Below, piece after piece: positions 1 through 9,700 of a DNA stretch of 50,057 bases. Position 1 is the stretch's first letter; every line of letters starts with the position of its first letter. The position numbers and the translations under genes were made by a program. The notes under the pieces were generated by a model. That model made no database searches. It worked only from the letters and a program-made list of their open reading frames with translations, and was not told where the DNA came from. Source of the stretch: Methanothrix sp. (GTDB lineage: Archaea; Halobacteriota; Methanosarcinia; Methanotrichales; Methanotrichaceae); the NCBI GenBank assembly GCA_030611205.1, contig JAUWQF010000001.1, forward strand, positions 1-50,057, given 5' to 3'.

Positions 1-192
1 GAGCCCCCACCCTTCGCGCCTTCGCGGCTTCGCGTGAGAGCTGTTCCCCAATGATCTCATCGACGAGCCCCCACCCTTCGCGCCTTCGCGGCTTCGCGTG
101 AGAGCTGTTCCCCAATAATCTCATCCAGCAGCCCACTCCCCTCGCGGCTTCGCGTGCCCCCTACTTTCTTATTCACGCGAAGGCGCGAAGTC
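1..192. repeat. Tandem 64-bp direct repeat: units 1-64 and 65-128, a degenerate third unit at about 129-160, and an inverted partial copy at 173-190. Truncated by the window edge.
   Basis: Units 1-64 and 65-128 differ at 3 of 64 positions. The core cttcgcgccttcgcg recurs as its reverse complement cgcgaaggcgcgaag at 175-189. Confidence 0.85.
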
Positions 193-525
193 CTAATGTT
201 TGTTCACTACCCGTCTGATGCCTTCCTTGAAGGTCGCTGCACCAAAGTTGATAAGCAATCCGACAGGCAGGTTCAGGAGGCGCAAGTAGGTCACATGGAC
301 GAGGGCAAGCTTCTCCACGGATTTCAACTCGATCACCATGCAGTCGTCCACCCGCAGCCCGCGCTCTTCAAGCATACGTGCAAGGACAGCCTCATGGATC
401 CGGAAAAGTAAAGATTCGGGCTGCCTTGACGCCACAGGACTTGGGTCAGCGCCATTGCCTTCAGCATCTTCTCGACGGGCCGCCTTCATCCTCATGGCAT
501 CGAGCATCCTCGGGTCCCCCGACAC
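193..525 (-). pseudogene. GxxExxY-family (PD-(D/E)XK-like) protein, degenerate or internally deleted copy
   Basis: The C-terminal part (MVIELKSVEKL..HVTYLRLLNLPVGLLINFG) matches the conserved tail of GxxExxY proteins. The N-terminal GxxExxY region is unrecognisable, and a segment between RGL and VDDCMVIELK appears to be missing. Confidence 0.4.
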
Positions 526-570
526 CAGGCCGAAGAATACCCCTCCGATGGTATCGTCCCGGACCGCGGG

Positions 571-1110
571 TTATCTCATTTGCGTCAGATAACGATGGAG
601 AAGACGCTCTTCTTCGGCCGGGGCGCCGTCCAGCAGCCACTCGACGGGCCGTTCATTTTCCTTGGCCGGGTTTACCCATACAATATTCCGCAACTCGCCA
701 ACTCCATCTGATACGGCTGCAAAAGGCACCCTCGCATTCTCATCAAGAGAGACGATACTCCTGTCGGTCGCCATCGCAGCATCGATGAGGTGGAGATCCT
801 TCAACATTTCATCGAGATCCCTCTCCTTGGAAGTTTTGTCTTCAATTTTGATGCGCAGAATATCATCCGATTTGAGACTTGGACGATATACTCTCCTTTG
901 CGAATACATGCTAACTCGCCACTTGCGCGTCCATGGGCTGGCGTGCCGATCCCATTCAGAGCCAATAGCCTTCGTCATGACCAGCATGTGGCGCGTATCG
1001 TCTTTCATGGTCGTTAGAAAGGTCCGGATAGGGCTAGGAGCCGTGATAGGACCCGTGTCGCAGGCAACACAGGCATCGATGACCAGGCTCTTCGATCTTT
1101 GTGATCTCAT
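571..1110 (-). CDS. PIN-like nuclease domain protein (hypothetical); downstream partner of the ATPase
   Basis: The acidic pattern resembles a PIN fold: SLVIDACVA (Asp after a hydrophobic strand), SEWD, and DLHLIDAAMATDRSIVSLDE. Its ATG (1108-1110) directly abuts the TAA of the upstream ATPase (1111-1113). Confidence 0.45.
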   Translation of the reverse strand: MRSQRSKSLVIDACVACDTGPITAPSPIRTFLTTMKDDTRHMLVMTKAIGSEWDRHASPWTRKWRVSMYSQRRVYRPSLKSDDILRIKIEDKTSKERDLDEMLKDLHLIDAAMATDRSIVSLDENARVPFAAVSDGVGELRNIVWVNPAKENERPVEWLLDGAPAEEERLLHRYLTQMR

Positions 1111-2511
1111 TTAGCCGGTCCCCAACCGTGATTCTACAGCATCGAGGTAGCGGCTCTGCATTTCGAGTTCCGTATCTGCAAAGTCTTCCGGCCAGTCTCC
1201 AAACGCGCCCGCCTCGTCCAAGTCCGCGCTGTTGATCTTTGTCGTGCCATCGTCCTGTAGTTCAAACCAGTGGAGCTTTACCATCTCGGGAGACAGCTTA
1301 CCCTCTGCAACCAACGTCTGGACCCCCAGAAGCAGTAATTCGCTGTGCGTCTCCACGACAACCCGGATACCGCGATTTGCGGCATCTGCAAGAACCTGCG
1401 CCATCGCCGTCTGCGCACGGGGGTGGAGATGGATCTCCGGTTGCTCTATGTAAACCAGCTGACCAGCCTCCGCTGCCAGGAGGGCAACCAGTACCGGTAA
1501 ACTCTGTGATACGCCGAACCCTACATCGGCGATGTTCACCAGGTCACGGGCCTTTTTTCTAGCAGGCAAGCGGCCGACACGAAGTTCGACACGAGTATCA
1601 TCGACCTGTTTCGTATGAACTTTCCAGGTTAGTCCCAGCATCTCAAGCAAGCGTCCCAACTCCTGGAGACGAGGATCTTCGCTGACTTGCCAGTGATTGA
1701 TTATACTGGCGACATAATTTTCGAATGTTCCGGAGAATTTGGTACCGATTGCCGTCGTTTTATATGTTCGCTCTGGGTTGCCCCTCAGCGCCGGTACGTG
1801 AATTAGCCTCCTGATGTGCGACTCGAAAGGTTCATTAAAGTGGTGGATGGTGCTGAATATCAAGTCTGTTTTATCTTTTTCGATTGTAAATAGCCCGGCG
1901 TCGAGAAAACACCGCATTCGTCTTACTCTCGCTTCAAGTCTCTCATAAGTGCGCATTGTTTTGAATGCGTCCACATAAGATTCATTCATATAAGATTTAA
2001 GATGGGGGACTGCCGAGATTATCTCCTCATGCGTCATCTCCGGTCGTAGTGATACAGAGTGATATTCGTATTCGTATCTCGCTTCGACAATTTCGATACC
2101 CTTCTTCTTCTCTGTCCTAAATATTTCTCTAATTGAACTGCCGCCTTTTTCGCCCTTGACATCGAGCCCGATCTCGAACTCTTCGACATTCTTCTGATTG
2201 CATTTTGACAAAAACTGTTCGACTGATGTGAACCGGACGTGAGGCCCATCGATCAATAATGCACCTGGATCGTATGTAGCTTCCAGCGTCTGTTTCATCA
2301 TCAATAACGGCTGCATGATGCTCGATTTGCCCGAGCTGTTCGCTCCCGCTAGTATCGTCAGCGGGCGAACCTCGATAGAGCTGCCCTCGGAAAGTGATTT
2401 GAAACCGCGTACATATAGGCTCGAGATGCCGCCTGATGATAGATTTTTATTATTTTTCCTCTCGGATTTTGGGGACAAAGCCATTTTTACTACCTCACGG
2501 ATGGTGCTCAA
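1111..2511 (-). CDS. ABC/SMC-like AAA ATPase (AAA_21/AAA_15 type with a DUF3696-like C-terminal tail)
   Basis: Walker A LAGANSSGKSS; Walker B/D-loop QLVYIEQPEIHLHP; H-loop VVETHSE. The C-terminal tail is LHWFELQDDGTTKINSADLDEAGAFGDWPEDF. Confidence 0.7.
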   Translation of the reverse strand: MSTIREVVKMALSPKSERKNNKNLSSGGISSLYVRGFKSLSEGSSIEVRPLTILAGANSSGKSSIMQPLLMMKQTLEATYDPGALLIDGPHVRFTSVEQFLSKCNQKNVEEFEIGLDVKGEKGGSSIREIFRTEKKKGIEIVEARYEYEYHSVSLRPEMTHEEIISAVPHLKSYMNESYVDAFKTMRTYERLEARVRRMRCFLDAGLFTIEKDKTDLIFSTIHHFNEPFESHIRRLIHVPALRGNPERTYKTTAIGTKFSGTFENYVASIINHWQVSEDPRLQELGRLLEMLGLTWKVHTKQVDDTRVELRVGRLPARKKARDLVNIADVGFGVSQSLPVLVALLAAEAGQLVYIEQPEIHLHPRAQTAMAQVLADAANRGIRVVVETHSELLLLGVQTLVAEGKLSPEMVKLHWFELQDDGTTKINSADLDEAGAFGDWPEDFADTELEMQSRYLDAVESRLGTG

Positions 2512-2682
2512 CTCATCAACGAGTTTCTGATTGCGTACCTTCTTCCGATTCTCAAAGCCCTGGATAACTTATTGTGCCCCTCATTATATAAGCTACCGCG
2601 CCTTGATCTATGTGGAAGATAATCAATAAAATAATATATAAACACACTCCACCAGAAACCACAGCATTCAGACCTGACGATA

Positions 2683-3990
2683 TTACACGATCACTTCTCT
2701 ATATTTCTCCAGCAGCGCCATCACCTGCTTTATATCTCTCCCCTGGACCCTGGCCTCTTCCAGAAAGCTCTGGTACATGGCATCGTTGACCAACCTAGGC
2801 ACTAACTTGCAGTTCTGGCCGTGGAGCATCAAATTGAAGCACCTGGCCTCGGCCTCGGATAGCTTCAGAGCCTTATACTCGCCCTTGTGCTCCCGGTAGA
2901 GGAGGTTCTCTTCGCGGGGATAATCGAGAGCAAGCCGGGCCAGGGGCGTCCCCGGTATGGGCTCGGCGACGCTGGAGAAGACGTCGTCCAGCATGGCATC
3001 CTCCATGAACTCCAGGGTCTCATCATAGTCCTCCTCGGTCTCGCCGGGATAGGCCACGATGAAGGACCCGCCCACCTTGACGCCACAGGACCTGGCCAGC
3101 TCCACCGCTTCCAGGTTCTTCTCGACGGTCACCCCCTTCCTCATGGCGTTGAGCATCGTCTGGCTGCCCGATTCGATGCCGAAGAAGACCCATCCGATGG
3201 TATAGTCCCGGATCGCCTCCAAAATCTCCTGGTCCACGAAATCTACCCTCATGTCGGGGACGGAGAGGTTCCTCGGCCCCAGGATCTCCGACATCGCCCG
3301 GACCAGCTCGATGAAGGCACCCTTGTTGACGTCTTTGCCGTAGCCGAACAAGGACCCGGTACCGCCGCTGACCGCTACCTTCTGAACCCCGGCCCGCTTC
3401 AGCTCCCGGACCTCCGCCAGGATGTTCTCCAGGGACCTGGACCGGATGGTGCGACCGAAGAACCGGGGAACCTGGCAGAAGGTGCACGCCCCAAGACAAC
3501 CCCTGTGGGTCTCTATGTAGACGTTGGCCCCGCGGACGTTCTGAGAGCTCAGATCCTCGGGTATCAGGGGGAGGGGATGGTCGAGGTTGCCCACCGGCCG
3601 GGACTTGGTCTTGACGATCTCGTCGCCTTCTACGAAGGCCACCCCCGCCAGGTCGCCGGAAGGACCATCCTCTACCAGGCTGGCAACCACATCTTCGCCC
3701 TCGCCCACCACCACCGCGTCGACGTCCAGCTCGCCTAGGACGATCTCCGGTGTGAACCCCACGGGACCGCCCACGTAGACCGTGGGGAGGGTCTTCACAA
3801 AATCTCGGATCCGGGGGTCGAGGAGCTGGCCGGTGGAGAACAGGCTGAGGAGGGTGACCTCTCCGTCGGACCGGAGCCGGTGGGTGACGGTGACCGTATG
3901 CCCCCTCTCCTTCAGAACGCCTCCCAGGACCAGGGAGCCATAGGTGTAAGTCCCGGGCGATACTATGCTGACTCTCACCCTCATCCTCAC
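2683..3990 (-). CDS. B12-binding-domain radical SAM protein (class B radical SAM methyltransferase-like)
   Basis: N-terminal Rossmann-like B12-type domain, followed by the radical SAM cluster motif CLGACTFCQVP. Its start overlaps the stop of the upstream Mmp10-like gene by 4 nt. Confidence 0.75.
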   Translation of the reverse strand: MRMRVRVSIVSPGTYTYGSLVLGGVLKERGHTVTVTHRLRSDGEVTLLSLFSTGQLLDPRIRDFVKTLPTVYVGGPVGFTPEIVLGELDVDAVVVGEGEDVVASLVEDGPSGDLAGVAFVEGDEIVKTKSRPVGNLDHPLPLIPEDLSSQNVRGANVYIETHRGCLGACTFCQVPRFFGRTIRSRSLENILAEVRELKRAGVQKVAVSGGTGSLFGYGKDVNKGAFIELVRAMSEILGPRNLSVPDMRVDFVDQEILEAIRDYTIGWVFFGIESGSQTMLNAMRKGVTVEKNLEAVELARSCGVKVGGSFIVAYPGETEEDYDETLEFMEDAMLDDVFSSVAEPIPGTPLARLALDYPREENLLYREHKGEYKALKLSEAEARCFNLMLHGQNCKLVPRLVNDAMYQSFLEEARVQGRDIKQVMALLEKYREVIV

Positions 3991-5204
3991 ACGCCCAGCG
4001 CGTTGATCTCTTCGATCAGATCTGTGAAGCCCTCTACCTCCACCTCGATCACCTCACGGGGCGTCATGCTGATGCTCATCTCCCCGTCGACGGTGAGTCG
4101 GTCGGGACCTCTCCTGATCAACCTGTCCACACCATCCCTGGTGAGAACCTGACGGATATCACTATCGCATGCGAGGGTCCTTCCCGGGAGGATCACCGTC
4201 TCTTTCACCTCGCCGAGGTCCAGCTCTTTCAGGTCCTCGATGGTTATGAGACAACCGATATCTTGCCCGACCGAGACCACGTTCACCTTATCTCCCAGGT
4301 CCCGGAAGATGGAAGATAAGAGAGGCTCGGCGACGGAACCGGTGATCAAAGTGGCGCTCTTTCTCAGGGGTGGGAGTCGGGCCAGCTCGTCCCGGCGGCT
4401 GGCCAGGGCAAAGGGCGCGCCGGTCTCAGGGTCCCAGAGCGGCGTACCGGTGACCCTGAAGCTGTACCTTTCATTGATCTCAGTCACGATCTGCTTGAAC
4501 TCCTCCACTGTGTGAGGAACCACCCCAGGCAGTATGGGCGCGTTTCCCAGGACCAGCCCTTGTTCTCTGGCGTTGGCAAACCTCATCAGTATGAGCCTCT
4601 TGATCCCCATCTCTTCCAGGTCCGAGCAGGTATTCTCCAGCTCCGGACCGTCGTTGGCACCGGGAACGAGTATCACGGCCGCGTAGACGTCGCAGCAGTC
4701 CGAGAAACGTCTCAGATTGGTCAGGGCCGCCTCGGGATGTTTGTCCCTCATGTACCTCTGGCGGAGGTCGGGTCTAGTGGAAAAGACGGTAAAGGATACC
4801 TCTTTCACCCCCGCCTCGATGAGAGCATCCGCCTCGTCACCCTTGGTGAAACCCTTGCCGCTGGTGTACCCCAGATGAACGGGCACGTCGCTCTGGCCCA
4901 CCAGCCGGGTCAGCTCCAAGAGATGAGGGTAACAGCTCAGGTCCCCCCCACCACTGATCGTCACCTTCTCTGGTATGGAGTGAAAAGCCGTCTGGGCCAC
5001 CTCCATGACCACCATCTCCAAGGGCTTGAATCCGGAGTAACCCTCTCTGATCGCCCGCGTACAGTAGTCGCAACCCTTCTGGAAGGGGAGACAATGTTTG
5101 CACCCCAGAGGCGCGACGTCCTTGACACCCTTGAAGTAACAGTAAGTGCAAAACCCTTTGCAGTCCAGGCCGGGCCGGCCTCCAACGTCCGCCAGAATCT
5201 CCAT
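3987..5204 (-). CDS. mmp10: Methanogenesis marker protein 10 (Mmp10)-like radical SAM enzyme (McrA arginine C-methyltransferase family)
   Basis: The N-terminus MEILADVGGRPGLDCKGFCTYCYFKGV carries a CX3CX2C motif at the extreme N-terminus, as I recall for the Mmp10 family. The size is about 400 aa and the gene lies near mcr. Confidence 0.65.
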   Translation of the reverse strand: MEILADVGGRPGLDCKGFCTYCYFKGVKDVAPLGCKHCLPFQKGCDYCTRAIREGYSGFKPLEMVVMEVAQTAFHSIPEKVTISGGGDLSCYPHLLELTRLVGQSDVPVHLGYTSGKGFTKGDEADALIEAGVKEVSFTVFSTRPDLRQRYMRDKHPEAALTNLRRFSDCCDVYAAVILVPGANDGPELENTCSDLEEMGIKRLILMRFANAREQGLVLGNAPILPGVVPHTVEEFKQIVTEINERYSFRVTGTPLWDPETGAPFALASRRDELARLPPLRKSATLITGSVAEPLLSSIFRDLGDKVNVVSVGQDIGCLITIEDLKELDLGEVKETVILPGRTLACDSDIRQVLTRDGVDRLIRRGPDRLTVDGEMSISMTPREVIEVEVEGFTDLIEEINALGV

Positions 5205-5259
5205 CGAGTATAGCTCGGCAGGATGGTAAAAAGCTTTTGCGGGGCGGTGGCCATCGTCC

Positions 5260-6282
5260 TCAGAGTGTGTTGAGGATCGCCAGGAAGTATATCGCCACCA
5301 ACAAACTTCCCTCGAACCTGGTGATCTTGTTGCCCAAGACCATGAACCCCAGAAGAACGCTGATCAGGACCACCGCGGGAAGGGCGGCATATATGAAGGC
5401 CTCGCTCACCACCACATCACCCACAAAAGATATGGCGCCCAGGACGATCAGGGCGTTGAAGGCGTTCGAGCCTATCACCGTACCTATGGCGATATCTCCT
5501 CGCCCGTTCTTGGCCGCGACTATCGCCGTGCTCACCTCGGGCAGGGAGGTTCCCAGGGCCACTAGTATGAAAGATACCACAGCCGCGTCGATGCCTAGGG
5601 TGACGGCGATATCGAGGATGGAGGCTATCAGGTACTTGGCCCCGAGATAGAGGAGGACCACTCCTGTCAGGAACATCATCGGATATCTGGGCTTGAGGCT
5701 CTCGCTGCTCACGACATCGTTCTTCCGATGCTGAGAGATCTCGTGATAGATGAAAGAGAGGTACATGAGGATCAGGAATAGACCTTCGACTCCGGTAACC
5801 CTGAGATCGAGAAGGACCACGAAGACGGCCAGAATGGGGGCGAGGAGAAAAGACAGATCGTTCTCGAGGATGTCTCTGTCGATGTATATGCTGTAAAGCA
5901 TGCCGGCGGCGCCCAGGGCGAGGCCTATATTTGCCAAGTTCGACCCCAGGACGTTTCCCACCGCCACCTCCGGATATCCGCAGTCGGTGAGCATGGCGGT
6001 GATCGAGGTGGAAAGCTCTGGGAAGGAAGTACCGAAGGCGATCACCGTTGCTCCTATCACGAACTCCGATATCCCCAGAACCTTTGCGAAGTGGACGGCG
6101 CTGTCTGTGATGAATTTTGCTCCGTAATAGAGGGCAAGCATACTCACCACAAATATCAGAAACTCCAACACCCGACGATCCTCTCCTCGACCAGGTCTAT
6201 CTATATACTGATAATAACTTGTTGCCTCATAAGGTCGGCCCACAAACAAAAGATTCCTCGAGCGAATCCACATCTCGGTCAA
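5260..6282 (-). CDS. Ca2+/cation antiporter (CaCA family, YrbG-like)
   Basis: Two alpha-repeat motifs, GTSFPELSTSI..GNVLGSNLANIGL and GTSLPEVSTAIVAAKNGRGDIAIGTVIGSNAFN, in a polytopic membrane protein. The true start may lie downstream of 6282. Confidence 0.8.
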   Translation of the reverse strand: MTEMWIRSRNLLFVGRPYEATSYYQYIDRPGRGEDRRVLEFLIFVVSMLALYYGAKFITDSAVHFAKVLGISEFVIGATVIAFGTSFPELSTSITAMLTDCGYPEVAVGNVLGSNLANIGLALGAAGMLYSIYIDRDILENDLSFLLAPILAVFVVLLDLRVTGVEGLFLILMYLSFIYHEISQHRKNDVVSSESLKPRYPMMFLTGVVLLYLGAKYLIASILDIAVTLGIDAAVVSFILVALGTSLPEVSTAIVAAKNGRGDIAIGTVIGSNAFNALIVLGAISFVGDVVVSEAFIYAALPAVVLISVLLGFMVLGNKITRFEGSLLVAIYFLAILNTL

Positions 6283-6703
6283 ATTTAACTTGAGTATGTA
6301 ATGTTATATATTGTATATAATGGCATGACCGCATAGGGAAAACAATATATACAACTTTGAATACATATTTCAACGAGGTTGTTCTGGGCGGTTTTCCGGC
6401 CGAGAAATGGCGTTGAAGGGGGCTTCATGGACCAAAAAGACCTGAACGCAGGTTTCAAGTAGGTGGGGAACGTCAGAGGTGGAGGCTTGGCGATATAGTG
6501 CATAACCTTATGTTTTAGACGTGTTTGGAACTAGTTGGACATTCCAACTTCGTCTATTGCCATCGTTAAGCACCATGCTGGCGAGGAACTGGTTAGTATG
6601 ACCTAATGGGTTCTTGTATATAATGTATAGCATTGTATACTTCGAGTATATCCGACCAGATGGCGGATTTACTCGTTGACTATAATCTGAAGGGGGGTAG
6701 TGG

Positions 6704-9700
6704 TTGCACATTAAGGAGATCGAGCTCAGGAACTTCAAGTCTTTCGGTAGGAAGGTCTCCATCCCCCTGGAAAACGACTTCATAGCCATCACCGGTCCCA
6801 ACGGAAGCGGCAAGTCGAATATCATAGACGCTCTGCTCTTCGCCTTATGTCTATCCAGCTCTCGCGCTATGCGTGCGGAGAGGCTCCCCGATCTGATATA
6901 CAAGGGCGATAACGGCAAGAACCCCGACTTCGCCCAGGTCACCGTCAAGTTCGACAACTCCTGCCGTACCATGCCCGTGGAGGAGGACGTCGTAGAGATA
7001 TCCAGAAAGGTGAAGCTCACCAAAGATCGATATCATAGTGTTTATTCTTTTAACGGCGACACCTGCAGCCTGAGCGAACTTCATGATATTCTCTCCCGAT
7101 CTGGGATTACCCCCGAAGGCTACAACGTCGTTATGCAGGGCGACGTTACCAGGATAATCGAGATGAACCCCACGGAGAGGCGAAAGATCATAGATGAGAT
7201 CGCCGGGGTGGCCGATTTTGATGAGAAGAAGCGGAAGGCTCTGGGCGAGCTGGAGGTCGTCCGAGAAAGGATAGACCGGCTGGACGTGATCCTGGATGAG
7301 GTATCGGCCCAGCGGCTGAAGCTGGGCGAGGAGAGGGACCGGGCCATCACCTACCAGGCCCATCGGGACGAGAAACGGCATCAAGAAGCCTTCCTTCTCC
7401 TGGCCAAGCTCAGGGAAGCGGAGGCGGAGCAGGCTTCTCTGGAGAAGGAGACCGAGGACCTGTTGGCCCAGGACGAGCTCTTTCGGGAAAGATACCGGGC
7501 CAAGAAAGATGCGCTGGCCTCTCTGGAAGATGAGCTGAAGAGGCTCAGCTCCGATATCGCCCATAAAGGCGAAGACGAACAGCTGGAGGTCAAGAGGAAG
7601 ATCGAAGAGCTGAAGGGGGAGATCGAGCGGGAGGAGAGCCGCATCGAGATGGCCGATAGGGAGATCTCGGAGACGGAGGTGGAGAGGAGGAGGATCTACC
7701 TGGAGATGGCCCGTCTCAGCGAAGAGGCCGAGGCCCTGACCACGAAGATCAGAGACGCCGGCATAAGAGAGGCCAGCCTCGTGGCCGAGCTGGAGGAGGA
7801 GAGTGAGAGACTGGAGGGGGTCCGGTCCGAGATCGCCGAGGCCGATGTGGAGTACGCCCAGCTCAGAGACGAGATGGCCGTGGTCAAGAGGAAGAGGGAA
7901 GATGTCAAGACCGAGATGGCCGACCTGATGCGGGACCGGGACCGGTACCTGGACGCGGCCAGGCGGAGGTCGAGCGATCAGGAAGATATCTGCAACCAGA
8001 TCTCCGAGTACGAAGAGACGATCCGCAGTTCAGAGAGAGAGGCGGAGCGGATTAAAAGAGAGATCGACCAGCTCGAAGAGAGGGGGCGAGAGCTGGAACG
8101 AAACGGCGATGACCTGGGGTTCGCCATGATCGGGGTCAGACGGGAGCTGGCGGAAGCCGACCAGAGGTTGCAGGAACTCCAGGTGGAGAAGGCCAAGGCA
8201 GAGGCCAGCCTCCGGTCTGCACGGGAGGGACCTGGGTTCAGCAAAGGGGTCGAGGTGGTCAGGACGGCCTTGCAGAAGGGGCAGCTCGAAGGCCTGCACG
8301 GGACCATAGCCGAGCTGGGACGGGCAGATAATAGCTACGCCACCGCGTTGGAGGTGGCGGCGGGAGCCAGACTTCAGAGCATCGTAGCTCAGACCGATGA
8401 GGACGCATCGCAGGCCATAGCGTATCTGAAGAGGGTGAGAGGAGGACGGGTTACCTTTCTGCCCCTGAACAAGATGAAATGCGGACGGGTGCCGCCTGAT
8501 CCGCCCAGCCTTCCGGGGGTCGTAGACTACGCCCTGAACCTGGTCCAGTTCGATGGAGAGTTCTTGCCCGCCTTCTGGCACGTCTTCCGGGATACTTTGG
8601 TGGTTGAAGATATGACCTCTGCCCGGCAGCTGATGGGGAGATACCGGATGGTGACCCTGGAGGGCGACCTGGTGGAGAAGAGCGGGGCCATGACGGGAGG
8701 CCACTACCGGTCGAGGGTCAGCTTCGCCGCCGACGAGGGGAAGAGGCTGGCCGAGATATCGGGTCGGCTGGCTCTGGCAGAGGAGGAGAGAGAGGGGATC
8801 TTAGACAGGCTGGACCGCGTGGAGGGTGAGATCTCCAGGTTGAAGAGAGACGAGGATGAGCTGAACAGGGAGATGTCCAAGAAGTCCTTCCGCCTGGAGG
8901 AGACAAAAGACCAGACGGTGAGGCTGGATAGGACGATCCTGGAGCAGAAGGCCCGGCTGGAGGATATGGAACAGGAAGCCGCTGGGGTAAGAGAACAACT
9001 GGATTTTTTGGAGACGGTGCTGGAAAAGGGCAAAAATACCCTGGCCGGGCTTGACTCGAAGATCGAGACCCTGGAGAAGGGTCTCGAGGGGTCTGAGATA
9101 CCTGCGTTGACCTCTCGAGCAGAGGAGGCAGAGGCCAGGATCAGAGATCTGGAGCGGCGGAAGGGTGTGATCGATGCAGAGGTCACCAAAGAGAAGCTGA
9201 AAGAGGAGATCGGCTCCCAGAGAATAGATGAGCTGGCCGCCAGAAAAGAGATCCTGGAAGATAAGAAGAAGGATGCCCTGGATCGGAAGAGAATCGCCGG
9301 AGAACGGAGGGTCGAGAATAAGAAGGTTATGGAGGCGAAGAGAGAGAGGGAAAAAGAGATTGAGCAGGAGCTGCACGACCTGAAAGGGGTACGGGGAAAG
9401 CTCCTGGAGGATGTTATGGCCCGTCAGAGAGAGGTCGACTCTCTCCAGATGGAGTCGGAACGGATCAAGGCCAGGATGACCGCGACATCAATTGCAGGCG
9501 ATGAGGCGAAGGCCAGGGCGGAGGAGATCAGGGCGGAGATCGTGGGCCGTGGTGTGGACGTCACCGCAGAACCGCCCAAGGTTCAGACCATAATGAGGAA
9601 GATCAAGGCTCTGGAGAGGTCGATGCTGGAGCTGGAGCCGGTGAACATGCTGGCCATCGAGGAGTATGGGCAGGTCAGCGATCGGTGCGACTTCCTCCTG

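Noticed and set aside
1-192. Possible CRISPR array, suggested by the regular repeats
   Set aside because: The 64-bp units are directly adjacent with no unique spacers. The unit length is far outside CRISPR repeat sizes, and there are no cas genes.
2887-3738. Long antisense ORFs opposite well-supported genes. Examples: 2887-3738(+), 4512-5213(+), 10914-12014(-), 12460-13380(+), 25158-26408(+), 37629-38576(+), 38444-39385(+), 40184-41362(+) and 8030-8704(-).
   Set aside because: Each lies entirely within a gene with strong family motifs on the other strand. Their translations are Arg/Pro/Gly/His-rich with no recognisable motifs, which is typical of shadow ORFs in about 60% G+C DNA.
6291-6650. 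The recurrent ttgtatataat blocks (6317, 6613, 12543; variant at 12574), considered as a dispersed repeat family
   Set aside because: They are short, AT-only and palindrome-like TATA sequences in intergenic regions. They are most simply the organism's promoter or TATA-box consensus. Too little information is present to call individual promoters.
6508-7023. A 171-aa minus-strand ORF spanning the smc start region
   Set aside because: It overlaps the smc N-terminal Walker A region in antisense and runs into the AT-rich promoter region. No motifs were seen.
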